Positions 55,552 to 64,000 of a stretch of 64,000 nucleotides of DNA are shown in pieces. A program made the translations under genes and the position numbers. The stretch spans positions 2,118 to 66,117 of the forward strand of contig JBEKAS010000001.1 of assembly GCA_050015795.1 (NCBI GenBank). Direction: 5' to 3'. How positions within the stretch are numbered: the stretch's first letter is position 1; each line of letters opens with the position of its first letter. A model generated the notes under the pieces. That model saw only the letters and a list, made by a program, of their open reading frames with translations. It did no database searches and was not told the DNA's origin. The DNA comes from Terracidiphilus sp. GTDB lineage: Bacteria > Acidobacteriota > Terriglobia > Terriglobales > Acidobacteriaceae.

Positions 55552-57975
55552 ATGACGAAGGAAGCGGTGCGACACCCAATCTCACGCAGAAAATTCGTGC
55601 AGGTTTGTTCGGCGACCGCTGTTTTGCCGCCGATGGCGGCCTGCCTGGACTGGACCACACCGAAAGCATGGGGCGCTCAAACAAGCGGCCCCGCGCAGCG
55701 CGTGCTCGGCCTCGATCGCGATTGGCTCTTTGCGGGCAAATCCACTGCCGCGGACCTCGATCCCAGCTACGACGACAAAGTTCTGGTTCGCGTAACACTG
55801 CCGCACACAGTTGCCGATCTCTCCTGGCGCAACTGGTCGCCATCGCAGTGGGAGGATCTTTTTGTTTATCGCCGCCGCTTTGCGGTGCCTGCCGCATGGC
55901 GCGGGCTGCGCGTGTTTGTTCACTTTGATCGCGTGATGGCGAGCGCGACTTCGGTGGTGAACGGGCGCAGCCTGGAACCGCACGCAGGCGGATTCTTGCC
56001 GTTCGACCGCGAGATTACCGGCATCGTGAAAGAAAAGGACAACGTGCTTGCGGTTGCGGTGGATTCGCGCTGGCTGAATGTGCCGCCCGCCGGCTCGCCG
56101 CGTGGAGCAGCCGCGGTGGATTATCTGCTGCCCGGCGGCATCACGGGATCCGTTCAGCTTCGCGCGTTGCCTGCGGCTTTTTTGCGCGAAGTGTTCGCCA
56201 AGCCGACCGATGTGCTCGATTCCAGCCGGCGCGTCGAGGTTGTATGCCGTGTGGATGCGGCTGCGCCGCTGCCGGCGCGCATTCGTCTGGAGGCTGCGCT
56301 TCGCCACGGCGATCAAACCATTGCCAGAGTGACGCAGAGCGCACTAATGGAAAAGTCCGACGAGGAATTTCATCTTACGCTCAGCAATCTCGGCAACATC
56401 CAGTTATGGGATCCGGAGCATCCGCATCTTTATCGCGTGGAGGTCACGCTTTTTCTCGACGAGCGTCCCATACATCGTTTCGCCACGCGTATCGGCTTCC
56501 GCGAGGCGCGTTTTGCGGTCGAGGGTTTCTATCTAAACGGACGCCGCACGCAGTTGTTCGGGTTGAACCGCCATGAGCTCTATCCGTATCTTGGCTTCGC
56601 TGCGCCGCCGCGCCTGCTGCGCCGCGACGCAGAGATTCTGCGCAAGCAATTCAACTGCAATATGGTGCGCTGCTCGCACTATCCGCAGTCGGAAGCGTTT
56701 CTGGATGCATGCGACGAACTGGGACTGATGGTGTGGCAGGAGCCGCCGGGCTGGCAGTACATTGGCGACGAGAGCTGGCAAGACCTGGCGGTGCACGACG
56801 TGGAAGCGATGATCCGCCGCGACCGCAACCATCCGGCCATTGTGATCTGGGGCGTGCGCATCAATGAGTCGCGCAACGATCCCGCGTTCTATCGACGTAC
56901 GCGGGAGGTGGCCAAGTCGCTGGACGATTCACGCCCTACGTCGGGCACCATGACGCCGGACTCGAGAAAGAACTGGCAGCAGGAATGGCACCAGGATGTG
57001 TTTGCGTTCGACGATTATCACGCCGCGCCCGATCACAGCGTGGGCATTCTCGATCCTATCGAGGGCTATCCCTACATGATTGCGGAGACGGTTGGTCAGT
57101 TCAATTACGTCGCCGGCAGGGGATTCGATTTGAGATACCGGAAGGCCGGCGACATCGGACAGCAGACGAGCCAGGCGCTCTATCACGCGCAGGCGCACAG
57201 CAGGGTTGCTGGCCACGAGCACATTGCGGGAACGATTGCATGGTGCGCCTTTGACTACGCGAGCCTGATGAACGATTACGAGGCGATTAAATGTCCCGGC
57301 GTCGCCGACGTCTTTCGCCTGCCGAAACTGGGGGCCGCGTTCTATCTTGCGCAAGTGGAGCCGTCGATAAGGCCGGTGATCGAGCCGAATTTCTACTGGG
57401 ACTTCGGCGCGCAAACTCCGACGGGCCCAGGTGAGCACGCCGCGATCTTCTCGAACTGCGAGCGACTTGAGATTTTCATTGACGGCAAGCCGCATGCAAC
57501 GCTCGAGCCAGACCGCGCGAACTTTGCGAACCTGAAATTTCCGCCATTCTTCGCCGATCTCAAATTGGACGGCTCGGCACATCCAGAGTTGAGCATTGAC
57601 GGCTACGTGAGCAAAACGCGCGTGCTTTCGCGTTGGTTTTCATCAGATCACGCGGCGGACCGTTTCTGGCTGCATGCGGACGATGCGGAGCTTGCGAACG
57701 ACGGCGCGGATAGCACGCGGCTTGCCTTCGCGGTCGTCGACAAGTTTGGCGCGACCCGCGCATTCGCCGAAGGGGAGGTTGCGCTCGATCTCGACGGGCC
57801 GGGTGTCATCGTTGGCGACAATCCGTTTCCCCTTGAGGCGAATGGAGGCGCCGGAGCGGTGTACATCAGGACCATCCCCGGCCGCGTGGGCACGATTCGC
57901 ATCACGGCGCGCCACTCTGCACTGGGCGCAAAGGCAGTGGAGATCCGCGTGAGGCCGCAAGAGAGCGAAGGTTAA
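55552..57975 (+). CDS. Glycoside hydrolase family 2 (beta-galactosidase-like) with Tat signal
   Basis: SRRKFV Tat motif, GLNRHELYP, RCSHYPQ, CDELG, RDRNHPAIVIWGVRINES and IAETVG. Confidence 0.9.
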   Translation: MTKEAVRHPISRRKFVQVCSATAVLPPMAACLDWTTPKAWGAQTSGPAQRVLGLDRDWLFAGKSTAADLDPSYDDKVLVRVTLPHTVADLSWRNWSPSQWEDLFVYRRRFAVPAAWRGLRVFVHFDRVMASATSVVNGRSLEPHAGGFLPFDREITGIVKEKDNVLAVAVDSRWLNVPPAGSPRGAAAVDYLLPGGITGSVQLRALPAAFLREVFAKPTDVLDSSRRVEVVCRVDAAAPLPARIRLEAALRHGDQTIARVTQSALMEKSDEEFHLTLSNLGNIQLWDPEHPHLYRVEVTLFLDERPIHRFATRIGFREARFAVEGFYLNGRRTQLFGLNRHELYPYLGFAAPPRLLRRDAEILRKQFNCNMVRCSHYPQSEAFLDACDELGLMVWQEPPGWQYIGDESWQDLAVHDVEAMIRRDRNHPAIVIWGVRINESRNDPAFYRRTREVAKSLDDSRPTSGTMTPDSRKNWQQEWHQDVFAFDDYHAAPDHSVGILDPIEGYPYMIAETVGQFNYVAGRGFDLRYRKAGDIGQQTSQALYHAQAHSRVAGHEHIAGTIAWCAFDYASLMNDYEAIKCPGVADVFRLPKLGAAFYLAQVEPSIRPVIEPNFYWDFGAQTPTGPGEHAAIFSNCERLEIFIDGKPHATLEPDRANFANLKFPPFFADLKLDGSAHPELSIDGYVSKTRVLSRWFSSDHAADRFWLHADDAELANDGADSTRLAFAVVDKFGATRAFAEGEVALDLDGPGVIVGDNPFPLEANGGAGAVYIRTIPGRVGTIRITARHSALGAKAVEIRVRPQESEG

Positions 57976-58110
57976 TCCGGCCGCGGCGTCGACTTTACGC
58001 AGCGATCGAGACTGTGCCCTGGCGGTTGCGGAGTGATGAACGGTGCAAGTGCGACGACTTCATCAATTCGCAATCGCTCTCTGCCTTGTGCGGGCGTGGA
58101 CGCGCGCACG

Positions 58111-58136
58111 ACAGCCGGTCTGGAGACCGGCGCTAC
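58111..58136. repeat. REP hairpin ACAGCCGGTCTGGAGACCGGCGCTAC
   Basis: Same family as 11973-11998 and 19485-19510. Confidence 0.7.
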
Positions 58137-58185
58137 ATTCCGCTGGCGGTTGTACCTCGTAGACTGAGGAGAGAGGTTTCGCGCA

Positions 58186-58785
58186 ATGCAATGGCCGGCG
58201 CAATTTTTGCTGTCAGCGCTTTCGGCGGCCCAGTTTCCCAGGGCAGAAGCGCCGGAGATCGCGTTTTTGGGGCGGTCGAACGTAGGCAAATCGAGCCTTC
58301 TGAACGCGCTGGTGGGCGAGAAGGCCGCAAGAGTCTCCAACACGCCGGGACGCACGCGCGCGATCAATTTTTTTCTGGTTTCGGACGCGCGGCGCGCGAG
58401 AAAGATGATGTTCGCCGATCTGCCCGGCTACGGATACGCGAAGGTTTCCAAGTCCATCTCGGCGGAATGGCCGACTTTTGTTGAGCCCTACCTCGCGGAA
58501 CGCGAGACTTTGGCGTTGTGCATCTGCCTGGTGGACGGCAACGTGCCACCGCGCCCCAGCGATCGCCAGTTGCTGGACTGGCTGCGCGCCGCGGGCCGGG
58601 ACTTTGTGGTGGTTGCCACCAAGATCGACCGGATGAGCGGCAACGAGCGCACGCGCAGCCTGGCGGCGCTGAAACGGGCGCTCGATCTCGAGGAACTTTT
58701 GCCGGTTTCGGCAAAGACGGGGTATGGGATTAAGGAACTGCGGGCGCGGATTGAAGAAGCAGGGACTGAGGGACTGAGGGACTAA
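58186..58785 (+). CDS. engB: Ribosome biogenesis GTPase YihA/YsxC
   Basis: GRSNVGKSS, SNTPGRT, DLPGYG, TKID and VSAK. Confidence 0.93.
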   Translation: MQWPAQFLLSALSAAQFPRAEAPEIAFLGRSNVGKSSLLNALVGEKAARVSNTPGRTRAINFFLVSDARRARKMMFADLPGYGYAKVSKSISAEWPTFVEPYLAERETLALCICLVDGNVPPRPSDRQLLDWLRAAGRDFVVVATKIDRMSGNERTRSLAALKRALDLEELLPVSAKTGYGIKELRARIEEAGTEGLRD

Positions 58786-58819
58786 GGGAACAGGGAACAG
58801 GGAACAGGGAACAGGGAAG
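58762..58819. repeat. (AGGGACTG)x3 then (AGGGAAC)x5 array spanning the engB stop
   Basis: Eight consecutive GGG-containing units. Confidence 0.85.
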
Positions 58820-58833
58820 AACGTGCTTGCCGG

Positions 58834-59622
58834 CTAAGATTTGCCGGGGTCAAAGCAGTGCTTTTCCTCGAGACCGCGGGCGTAGGAGCGAATCTCATAA
58901 GGGAACGCGATCTCGCCGCGGCCTACGCACGCATCGAGTTGCTCGGCAAAGCGGGCGGCGAATTCGCGATGAGTTGAAAGCAGGCGCAGATCCTGCCTGA
59001 GGCGGCCGAGGTAGCGCGGCGCGAGGCGCAGCCAGCGGCGGGCCGACCAGTCGTTCGCGTCGAGACATTCGAGAGCGATTGCATCCAGCACTGCCAAATC
59101 TTTGTGACGAGCCGAGTCCACGCGCCAGATGACGAGCGCCGGAATGCTGGTGAGATCGGCTTCGTCGTATTCGCCTTCCTGATGGACGAGCGCTTCATGG
59201 AGAGGCGCGATGGGCACGTCGCGACGCAGCAGGTCGGGTTGCACACCGCGCACGTTCATCTCGCGCTCCATGGCCGCCGGGGCCATCGCGACACAAACTG
59301 AAACCGTTTCGCGCTTACGAAGCTGGTTTTTGAGGATGCGCAGGGCCTCGTCGAGCGAAGTGACGAGGAAATCGGCGATGGCTTCGCGAATGGCCTGCTT
59401 TTGCGCCGCGAGGTCTGCCGATGCGACGAGCGTGGCTGCACCGGCGATGTTGGCAGCGACGACGAGCGCGCGGCCTTGCTCATCCATTTCTCCGGCGTAG
59501 AACAGGCTGCCGCCGAGGCCCGATTCCGGATCGGCATACGGGGATGCGATCAGCTTTGCGTAGGCGTGGGCTACGCGCGCGACAAAATCGAGGGCTGCGT
59601 GAGATGGAGGAGCAAGCGCCAC
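58834..59622 (-). CDS. Truncated urocanase (HutU)-like protein
   Basis: LGGSLFYAG...ANIAGAATL...DFLVTSLDEALRIL...SV resembles the HutU NAD-binding region. It is 262 aa, about half of HutU. Confidence 0.55.
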   Translation of the reverse strand: MALAPPSHAALDFVARVAHAYAKLIASPYADPESGLGGSLFYAGEMDEQGRALVVAANIAGAATLVASADLAAQKQAIREAIADFLVTSLDEALRILKNQLRKRETVSVCVAMAPAAMEREMNVRGVQPDLLRRDVPIAPLHEALVHQEGEYDEADLTSIPALVIWRVDSARHKDLAVLDAIALECLDANDWSARRWLRLAPRYLGRLRQDLRLLSTHREFAARFAEQLDACVGRGEIAFPYEIRSYARGLEEKHCFDPGKS

Positions 59623-59717
59623 GGGTCTATCTTAACGACCGATTGGGCTGCGGGGCGAGCGGCATGAAGGCCAGAGCGATTCCAAAATAGGTGTAGTCAG
59701 CGATTGTGATGCCACAT

Positions 59718-59753
59718 CCCCGGTCCCCAAATGCGAGGGACCCAGGGGCACCC
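59718..59753. repeat. REP-like hairpin ending in GGGGCACCC
   Basis: cccggtcccc-aaatgcga-gggacccaggggcaccc shares its 3' end with the CCCACCC family. Confidence 0.45.
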
Positions 59754-59781
59754 AAATGGGTATAGCAGTAATGGAAGGGCT

Positions 59782-60240
59782 CTAATTCTCCAGCTCGCGC
59801 CAGTTGAGCTTCCGGACGAAGAAAACGAACTCGCCGGGCTTGGCGGTGTAATGGGTCTGGCTGCATTCGTTGGGAGCGACGACGCCCGACTTGAGGATCT
59901 GGGCGATGGGATACCAGATGTCTCTATTCTTGTCGGATTCCTTTGCGATCTCGCAGTTGATGTAGGTCTCCGTCGACATGTCATAGGTAGCCTTGACGGA
60001 GATCTCCCGGGCGTCGGGAGGCAGCGTGACGGTGACGGTTCCGTCGTCATTCATGTGTACCCATTCGTTATGCGCGGTGTCATGGTGGTCAATGCGCACC
60101 AGATAGTTCGAGGCTTTTACGGGCAGCCCGGTTTTGCCGTCGAGCAGGCGGATCTGAATGGTATTTTCCGATTGGGCGTGAAGGCTGGCCAAAAGAACGG
60201 CGGCACATAAGAGGCCGACGAGGGTACGGATAGCTGGCAT
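59782..60240 (-). CDS. Secreted hypothetical protein
   Basis: Signal peptide ending LHA|QS, IQIRLLDGKTGLPV, and a Cys pair. Confidence 0.7.
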   Translation of the reverse strand: MPAIRTLVGLLCAAVLLASLHAQSENTIQIRLLDGKTGLPVKASNYLVRIDHHDTAHNEWVHMNDDGTVTVTLPPDAREISVKATYDMSTETYINCEIAKESDKNRDIWYPIAQILKSGVVAPNECSQTHYTAKPGEFVFFVRKLNWRELEN

Positions 60241-60264
60241 ACGGGCTTTCCTCCGGCGAAAGGC

Positions 60265-60368
60265 AACAGCAGATTCCCGCTCGACTATGATGATGTGCCG
60301 CGACGGAAGATCTTCGATCAGGACAGACTTCGAACGCGGCTGCAGCGCGGCCTCGCGCGGGATGACAA
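60265..60368. repeat. Possible REP-like element (AGCAGATTCCC...GGGATGACAA)
   Basis: Terminal inverted arms attcccgc/gcgggat. Single copy in the window. Confidence 0.3.
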
Positions 60369-60432
60369 CGCTCTATTATGCATTTTCAATGGTTTCGATG
60401 GGGCAAAAACCGAAGGCTAATTGTTCCTAAAG

Positions 60433-60861
60433 TTACCAGGAAGAATAAGGCTGACCGTCGGTGCCGGTTTCGGTCGAGCCGGAATGGATGTCGGTAATGC
60501 CGGGCTCGGTTTCATCCAGCGAGTACATGGCTTCGCTCGAGTCGGTCACCCAGGTGTCTTTGCTGCGGGTCATGGGATCTTCGGGGATGGCTCGGAGGTA
60601 GCCGTCCTGGACCAGGTCGTCGAGCGACTGCGGTCCCTTCTGCTTGTCCATGGTGTAGGTGTCGATGGCGGTGCGCATGGTCTGCAGGTCTTCCTTGAGC
60701 GCGGCCTCGCGCGCGTGCCTGACGGCGCCCACAAAGCTGGGAATCGCCAGGGTGATGAGGATGCCGATAATGGCCATCACGATCATCAGCTCGATGAGGG
60801 TAAAGCCCGCGGATTGTGTGCGATCTCGGCGCAAATACGTTTCCTCAGCTGTTTTCACCAC
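60433..60861 (-). CDS. Type II secretion pseudopilin (PulG/GspG-like)
   Basis: AG|FTLIELMIVMAIIGIL prepilin motif, DLVQDGYLRAIPEDPMT and DIHSGS. Confidence 0.88.
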   Translation of the reverse strand: MVKTAEETYLRRDRTQSAGFTLIELMIVMAIIGILITLAIPSFVGAVRHAREAALKEDLQTMRTAIDTYTMDKQKGPQSLDDLVQDGYLRAIPEDPMTRSKDTWVTDSSEAMYSLDETEPGITDIHSGSTETGTDGQPYSSW

Positions 60862-61586
60862 GTCGCGTACTTGGTCCCGTCAAGCGCGGTTCCCTGCGAC
60901 TTGGAGTGTACATCGAAGACACTCTGCCCGCCATACGAGTCGGAATCGGGGTCGTCCTGCATGGAGCGCAATCCCCACTCAGCCTGGCCCGTCATGGGAT
61001 CCACGGGAATCTTGCGGAGAAACCTGAGCTTCTTGCCTTGCACATCCACGCCGGTAACCAGCGTCTCAAGGTCGGGCGGGTAGTTCTGACTCTCGATCTT
61101 GGTCTGGAATGCGCCCCTGTCGGCCGCGTCCTTGTATTTATCGATGGCATCGCGCATCATCCACAGATCGGCGCGGAGCTCTCGTTCCTTTTGCCGCTTG
61201 ACCTGAAAGCGCACGAGGGGCAAGGCAGCCGACATAAGAATGGTGAGGATGGCCGCGGTCACGATCAGCTCAACCAGGGTAAGGCCGCGTTGGCTGCTGG
61301 GTGCGGAAAAGAACGAGAGGTTGCGAGTCGCGGTGTGGGCCGTTGTTCGAATTCCGGGAAGGCTTCTCTCAGGGGCTAAAGCCCCCAAATCTTTGCGGCG
61401 TTTTTCGGCACGACTAAAGTCGTGCCCTTTCACAAAACCGCGTAGAGAGCCCTTTACGGCACGACTAAAGTCGTGCCCTGATACAAAACGCGAGGTGTTA
61501 ACGGCACGCGACCCACGCACGGGGTGGGTTCCCCGGTCGTGCCCTTTCACGGCAACGATCTCTTCGGCGGCACGGGAAAGCATCAT
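60855..61586 (-). CDS. Type II secretion pseudopilin with an unusually long, repeat-derived leader
   Basis: RG|LTLVELIV prepilin motif, YPPDLETLV and FLRKIPVDPMTG. About 100 aa precede the cleavage site. Confidence 0.8.
   Translation of the reverse strand: MMLSRAAEEIVAVKGHDRGTHPVRGSRAVNTSRFVSGHDFSRAVKGSLRGFVKGHDFSRAEKRRKDLGALAPERSLPGIRTTAHTATRNLSFFSAPSSQRGLTLVELIVTAAILTILMSAALPLVRFQVKRQKERELRADLWMMRDAIDKYKDAADRGAFQTKIESQNYPPDLETLVTGVDVQGKKLRFLRKIPVDPMTGQAEWGLRSMQDDPDSDSYGGQSVFDVHSKSQGTALDGTKYATW
61368..61553. repeat. REP-like cluster: GGCACGAC-TAAA-GTCGTGCC hairpins plus GGGGCTAAAGCCCC
   Basis: Identical 20-nt hairpins at 61407-61426 and 61458-61477, with a degenerate copy at about 61536-61553. 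Confidence 0.85.
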
Positions 61587-61597
61587 CGACACAACCC

Positions 61598-64000
61598 CTA
61601 CTTCACCACAATTGTGGCTTGCCCTGTCTCGACCGGCACTTGTTGCTGGGCGGCATTCACTACCGAGGCGCGCGTGATGCCCAGGCCGCTCTGGCCCGAG
61701 GCCTTGGCCTGGAAGGTCAACACGCACACCACGCCTGTTCCGGTGACGCCGTGTGTTCCCGGCGGCCGGGAGATGCTGACGACGAGGGTTCCCGGCGGAT
61801 CCTCAACATGACTGAGGCCGGTTGGCTGGCCGTCGCGGCTGAGGATGTCTCCGGCCGCTACGCCGCTCAATTGCAGCTTGGCGGTGTCGTAGTGCAACTG
61901 CAAGGCAATGGAAGTAACATCGGTTCCCCCGTTGAGTACGATGGGAACCTGGAAGGTGGCGCCTGCGGCCATGGGGGTTGCGGGCACATTGAGAGCCAGG
62001 CTGGCACCCGCCACGGGCGGCGGGGGCGCCGCGGCTGCGGGCGGAGTTGCGGCTGCCGGGGCCTGAGGCGACGGCGCGCCAGGTGGCGGGCTGGGCGGCG
62101 GCTGGGTAATGGGCAGATTGGGCTGCGGCACAGCCGCTTGCGCGGTGGCCGTGGGGCTGCCATTGGAGCCCATATCGGAGCGCAACTGCGCCAGCATCTC
62201 CGGCGCGGCCTCAATCGCGCTCTGCGCGGGAATCGATCCGACGACCGGGCGCTGTGCCGGCATGGTGTGTGCCATGGGCACCGCAGCCGGCGCCGCCGCG
62301 CCATTTTCGTTGTCTCCGTGGCGCAGCGCGATGGAAGCCTGCCCCAGGCCGGTGTCGATGACGCGCAAGTTTGCCTGATCAAGCTCCTGCGAACGCACGA
62401 TATGCGGCACCACCACGAAGACAATGTCGTCGTCCTGGATGGTGTGGTCCTTGGAGCCGAAGATGTACTTGAGGATCGGGATGGCGCTCAAACCGGGGAT
62501 GCCGGTCCAGTTCTGCGCTTCCTGCTTGTTCTGAATGCCGCCCAGGATGCTGGCCTCGCCCTCGCGGAGACGGATCACCTGGTTCACAACGCGCTGACTG
62601 ATGATGGGCTCCGTGACGCCGCTGATGGTCTCGGTTCCGCTCTCCGCAGAGACCTCAATCTTGATGTTCAGGGTCACGTCGTGGTCGTAGTGGATGCTGG
62701 GCGTCATCTCGATGTTTACGCCCACGTCCTGGTACTGGAACTGGGTGTTGACCAGCGAGCTGACCAGCGCCGTGGCCGCGCCGGTTTGATAGGAGCCGGT
62801 GGCGATGGGGATGCGCGAGCCGATCTTCATGGTGGCTTTTTGTGCGTCGGTGGCGCGGATGCGCGGGCTCTGCAGGACCTTGGTGTTGTTGTCAGTGAGC
62901 AGGAGATTGAGCGTGGCCGACCCCACGGTGACAGCGAAATCCGTGGAGTTGAGATGGGCGAGGCTGTAGAGAGTGGGACTGGCAGTCGAGGTGGAGCCGG
63001 TGGTGCCGGTGGAGCCGGTGGTGGAGGTGGTAGTGGAACTGCAGGAATTGGTTGCCGCGCAGTTAGGCTGCAGGGTGACGCCGAAGCTGCTGGGCCATTG
63101 CATTCCCAGCGTCTTCTCCCAGTTCTTGCTCACCTCGAGCACCGCGATGTCGACCACGACTTCGCCGCGGGGCTTGTCGAGATCGTCGATGAGTTGCTGC
63201 GCCAGCAAGAGCTCATCGGGCGTGCCGCGCATGACGATGGCGTTCTGGCTCTGGACCGGAAAGGCCTTGGCGGCGGGCATGACATTGCGGATCGCGGTGG
63301 CGACGTCGTTGAGGTCGTTTTGCTGCCATGCGTTGGTGAGATAGAAGGTCTGCACGGCCTGCTCATCCAGGTCGCGCCGCTTGGCGGGAGTGTTCTGGGC
63401 CACGAAGATGGTGTTGCTGGTGACCGGACGCCAGAAGGTATTGGACATCACGCTCACAATGCGCAGGGCATCGAGCAGCGAGACGTTGTTCAGGTCTAAA
63501 TCAATGCGCGAGCTGTGGAAGTCGGGATCGAACAGGACGTTGATGCCTGCGGCCTTGCCCACTGTCACGTAGACGACCTTGGAGTCCTCGGCCATTTTCA
63601 GCGAAAGCGGCTCATTGGAGACGGGCTTGAGCTCCGGCGGAGACTCGATGGTCTGGAGTTGCTCGGCTTCCGCGGGAGGCTCGGGAAGTCCCACCTCGGG
63701 CACCGGCGCGCTTTCACCCTGCTTCTGGCGGAGGTGGGCAATCTCCTGCTGCGCGGCTTCGTTGCTGGGATCGATCTCTGCGGCGTGGAGAAACTCGCCA
63801 AGCGCTGCCTGGGTATCACCGGCCTGCTCCAACTTGTGGCCCCTGGTGACGTGAACTGAGGACGCCGTGACGCGCACGCGCGAAAGCGCAATCTTGAAGC
63901 GCGCATCCCTGGGATCCTTGTTGAAGGCTTTCTGGAAGTCTTCAAAGGCCGTGTCGTAGTCTTCGCGGGCCTCGGCGGCCTGACCCTGCTTGAAATCGGC
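61598..64000 (-). CDS. Secretin (GspD/PulD-like) with TPR N-region and C-terminal cohesin-like domain; 5' end outside the window
   Basis: Frame is open to the window edge. TPR-like AFEDFQKA, VVVDIAVLEV, VLQSPRIRATD, YQDVGV and a Pro/Ala linker precede a beta-sandwich (FQVPIVL...LTFQAKASG). Confidence 0.88.
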   Translation of the reverse strand, partial: ADFKQGQAAEAREDYDTAFEDFQKAFNKDPRDARFKIALSRVRVTASSVHVTRGHKLEQAGDTQAALGEFLHAAEIDPSNEAAQQEIAHLRQKQGESAPVPEVGLPEPPAEAEQLQTIESPPELKPVSNEPLSLKMAEDSKVVYVTVGKAAGINVLFDPDFHSSRIDLDLNNVSLLDALRIVSVMSNTFWRPVTSNTIFVAQNTPAKRRDLDEQAVQTFYLTNAWQQNDLNDVATAIRNVMPAAKAFPVQSQNAIVMRGTPDELLLAQQLIDDLDKPRGEVVVDIAVLEVSKNWEKTLGMQWPSSFGVTLQPNCAATNSCSSTTTSTTGSTGTTGSTSTASPTLYSLAHLNSTDFAVTVGSATLNLLLTDNNTKVLQSPRIRATDAQKATMKIGSRIPIATGSYQTGAATALVSSLVNTQFQYQDVGVNIEMTPSIHYDHDVTLNIKIEVSAESGTETISGVTEPIISQRVVNQVIRLREGEASILGGIQNKQEAQNWTGIPGLSAIPILKYIFGSKDHTIQDDDIVFVVVPHIVRSQELDQANLRVIDTGLGQASIALRHGDNENGAAAPAAVPMAHTMPAQRPVVGSIPAQSAIEAAPEMLAQLRSDMGSNGSPTATAQAAVPQPNLPITQPPPSPPPGAPSPQAPAAATPPAAAAPPPPVAGASLALNVPATPMAAGATFQVPIVLNGGTDVTSIALQLHYDTAKLQLSGVAAGDILSRDGQPTGLSHVEDPPGTLVVSISRPPGTHGVTGTGVVCVLTFQAKASGQSGLGITRASVVNAAQQQVPVETGQATIVVK

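Noticed and set aside
61619-63499. 626-aa plus-strand ORF (also 25177-26736, 2461-3792, 22512-23633 and similar)
   Set aside because: These are antisense shadows of well-supported genes in high-GC DNA, with no motifs or RBS.

Overview
GC-rich bacterial chromosome segment. The gene families and repeat types suggest an Acidobacteriota (Terriglobia-like) genome, which is an inference. The left part (1-28.8 kb) is core and housekeeping DNA: TolC, GH97, EAL-HDOD, fabG, thyX, mtgA, GT9, S9 peptidase, recX, alaS, mutY, a TonB-type receptor and osmC. It also carries three toxin-antitoxin-like loci and many REP-like hairpins and 7/8-mer arrays, several of them in frame inside enzymes. A tRNA-Leu(CAG) at 28804-28890 has its last 18 bp repeated at 54129-54146. 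These repeats bound a ~25 kb, more AT-rich island with no visible integrase. The island carries IS3, IS1595 and IS4 scars, phage-like remnants and a surface-glycan cassette. The cassette has rfbF/rfbG/rfbH, an SDR, a ThDP enzyme, a short NeuB-like synthase plus KdsC-like phosphatase (no CMP-synthetase), a GtrB/GtrA pair, three GT-C-like membrane proteins, FkbM methyltransferases (one fused to a PAP2-type membrane domain), a membrane/spermidine-synthase-like fusion and a lone Flp pilin. The best candidate for a new system is a pathway making a long-chain C4-branched 3,6-dideoxy sugar that is delivered to the surface on a lipid carrier. The right part (54.3-64 kb) holds LacI plus GH2, engB, a truncated urocanase-like protein and a secretin-pseudopilin operon.
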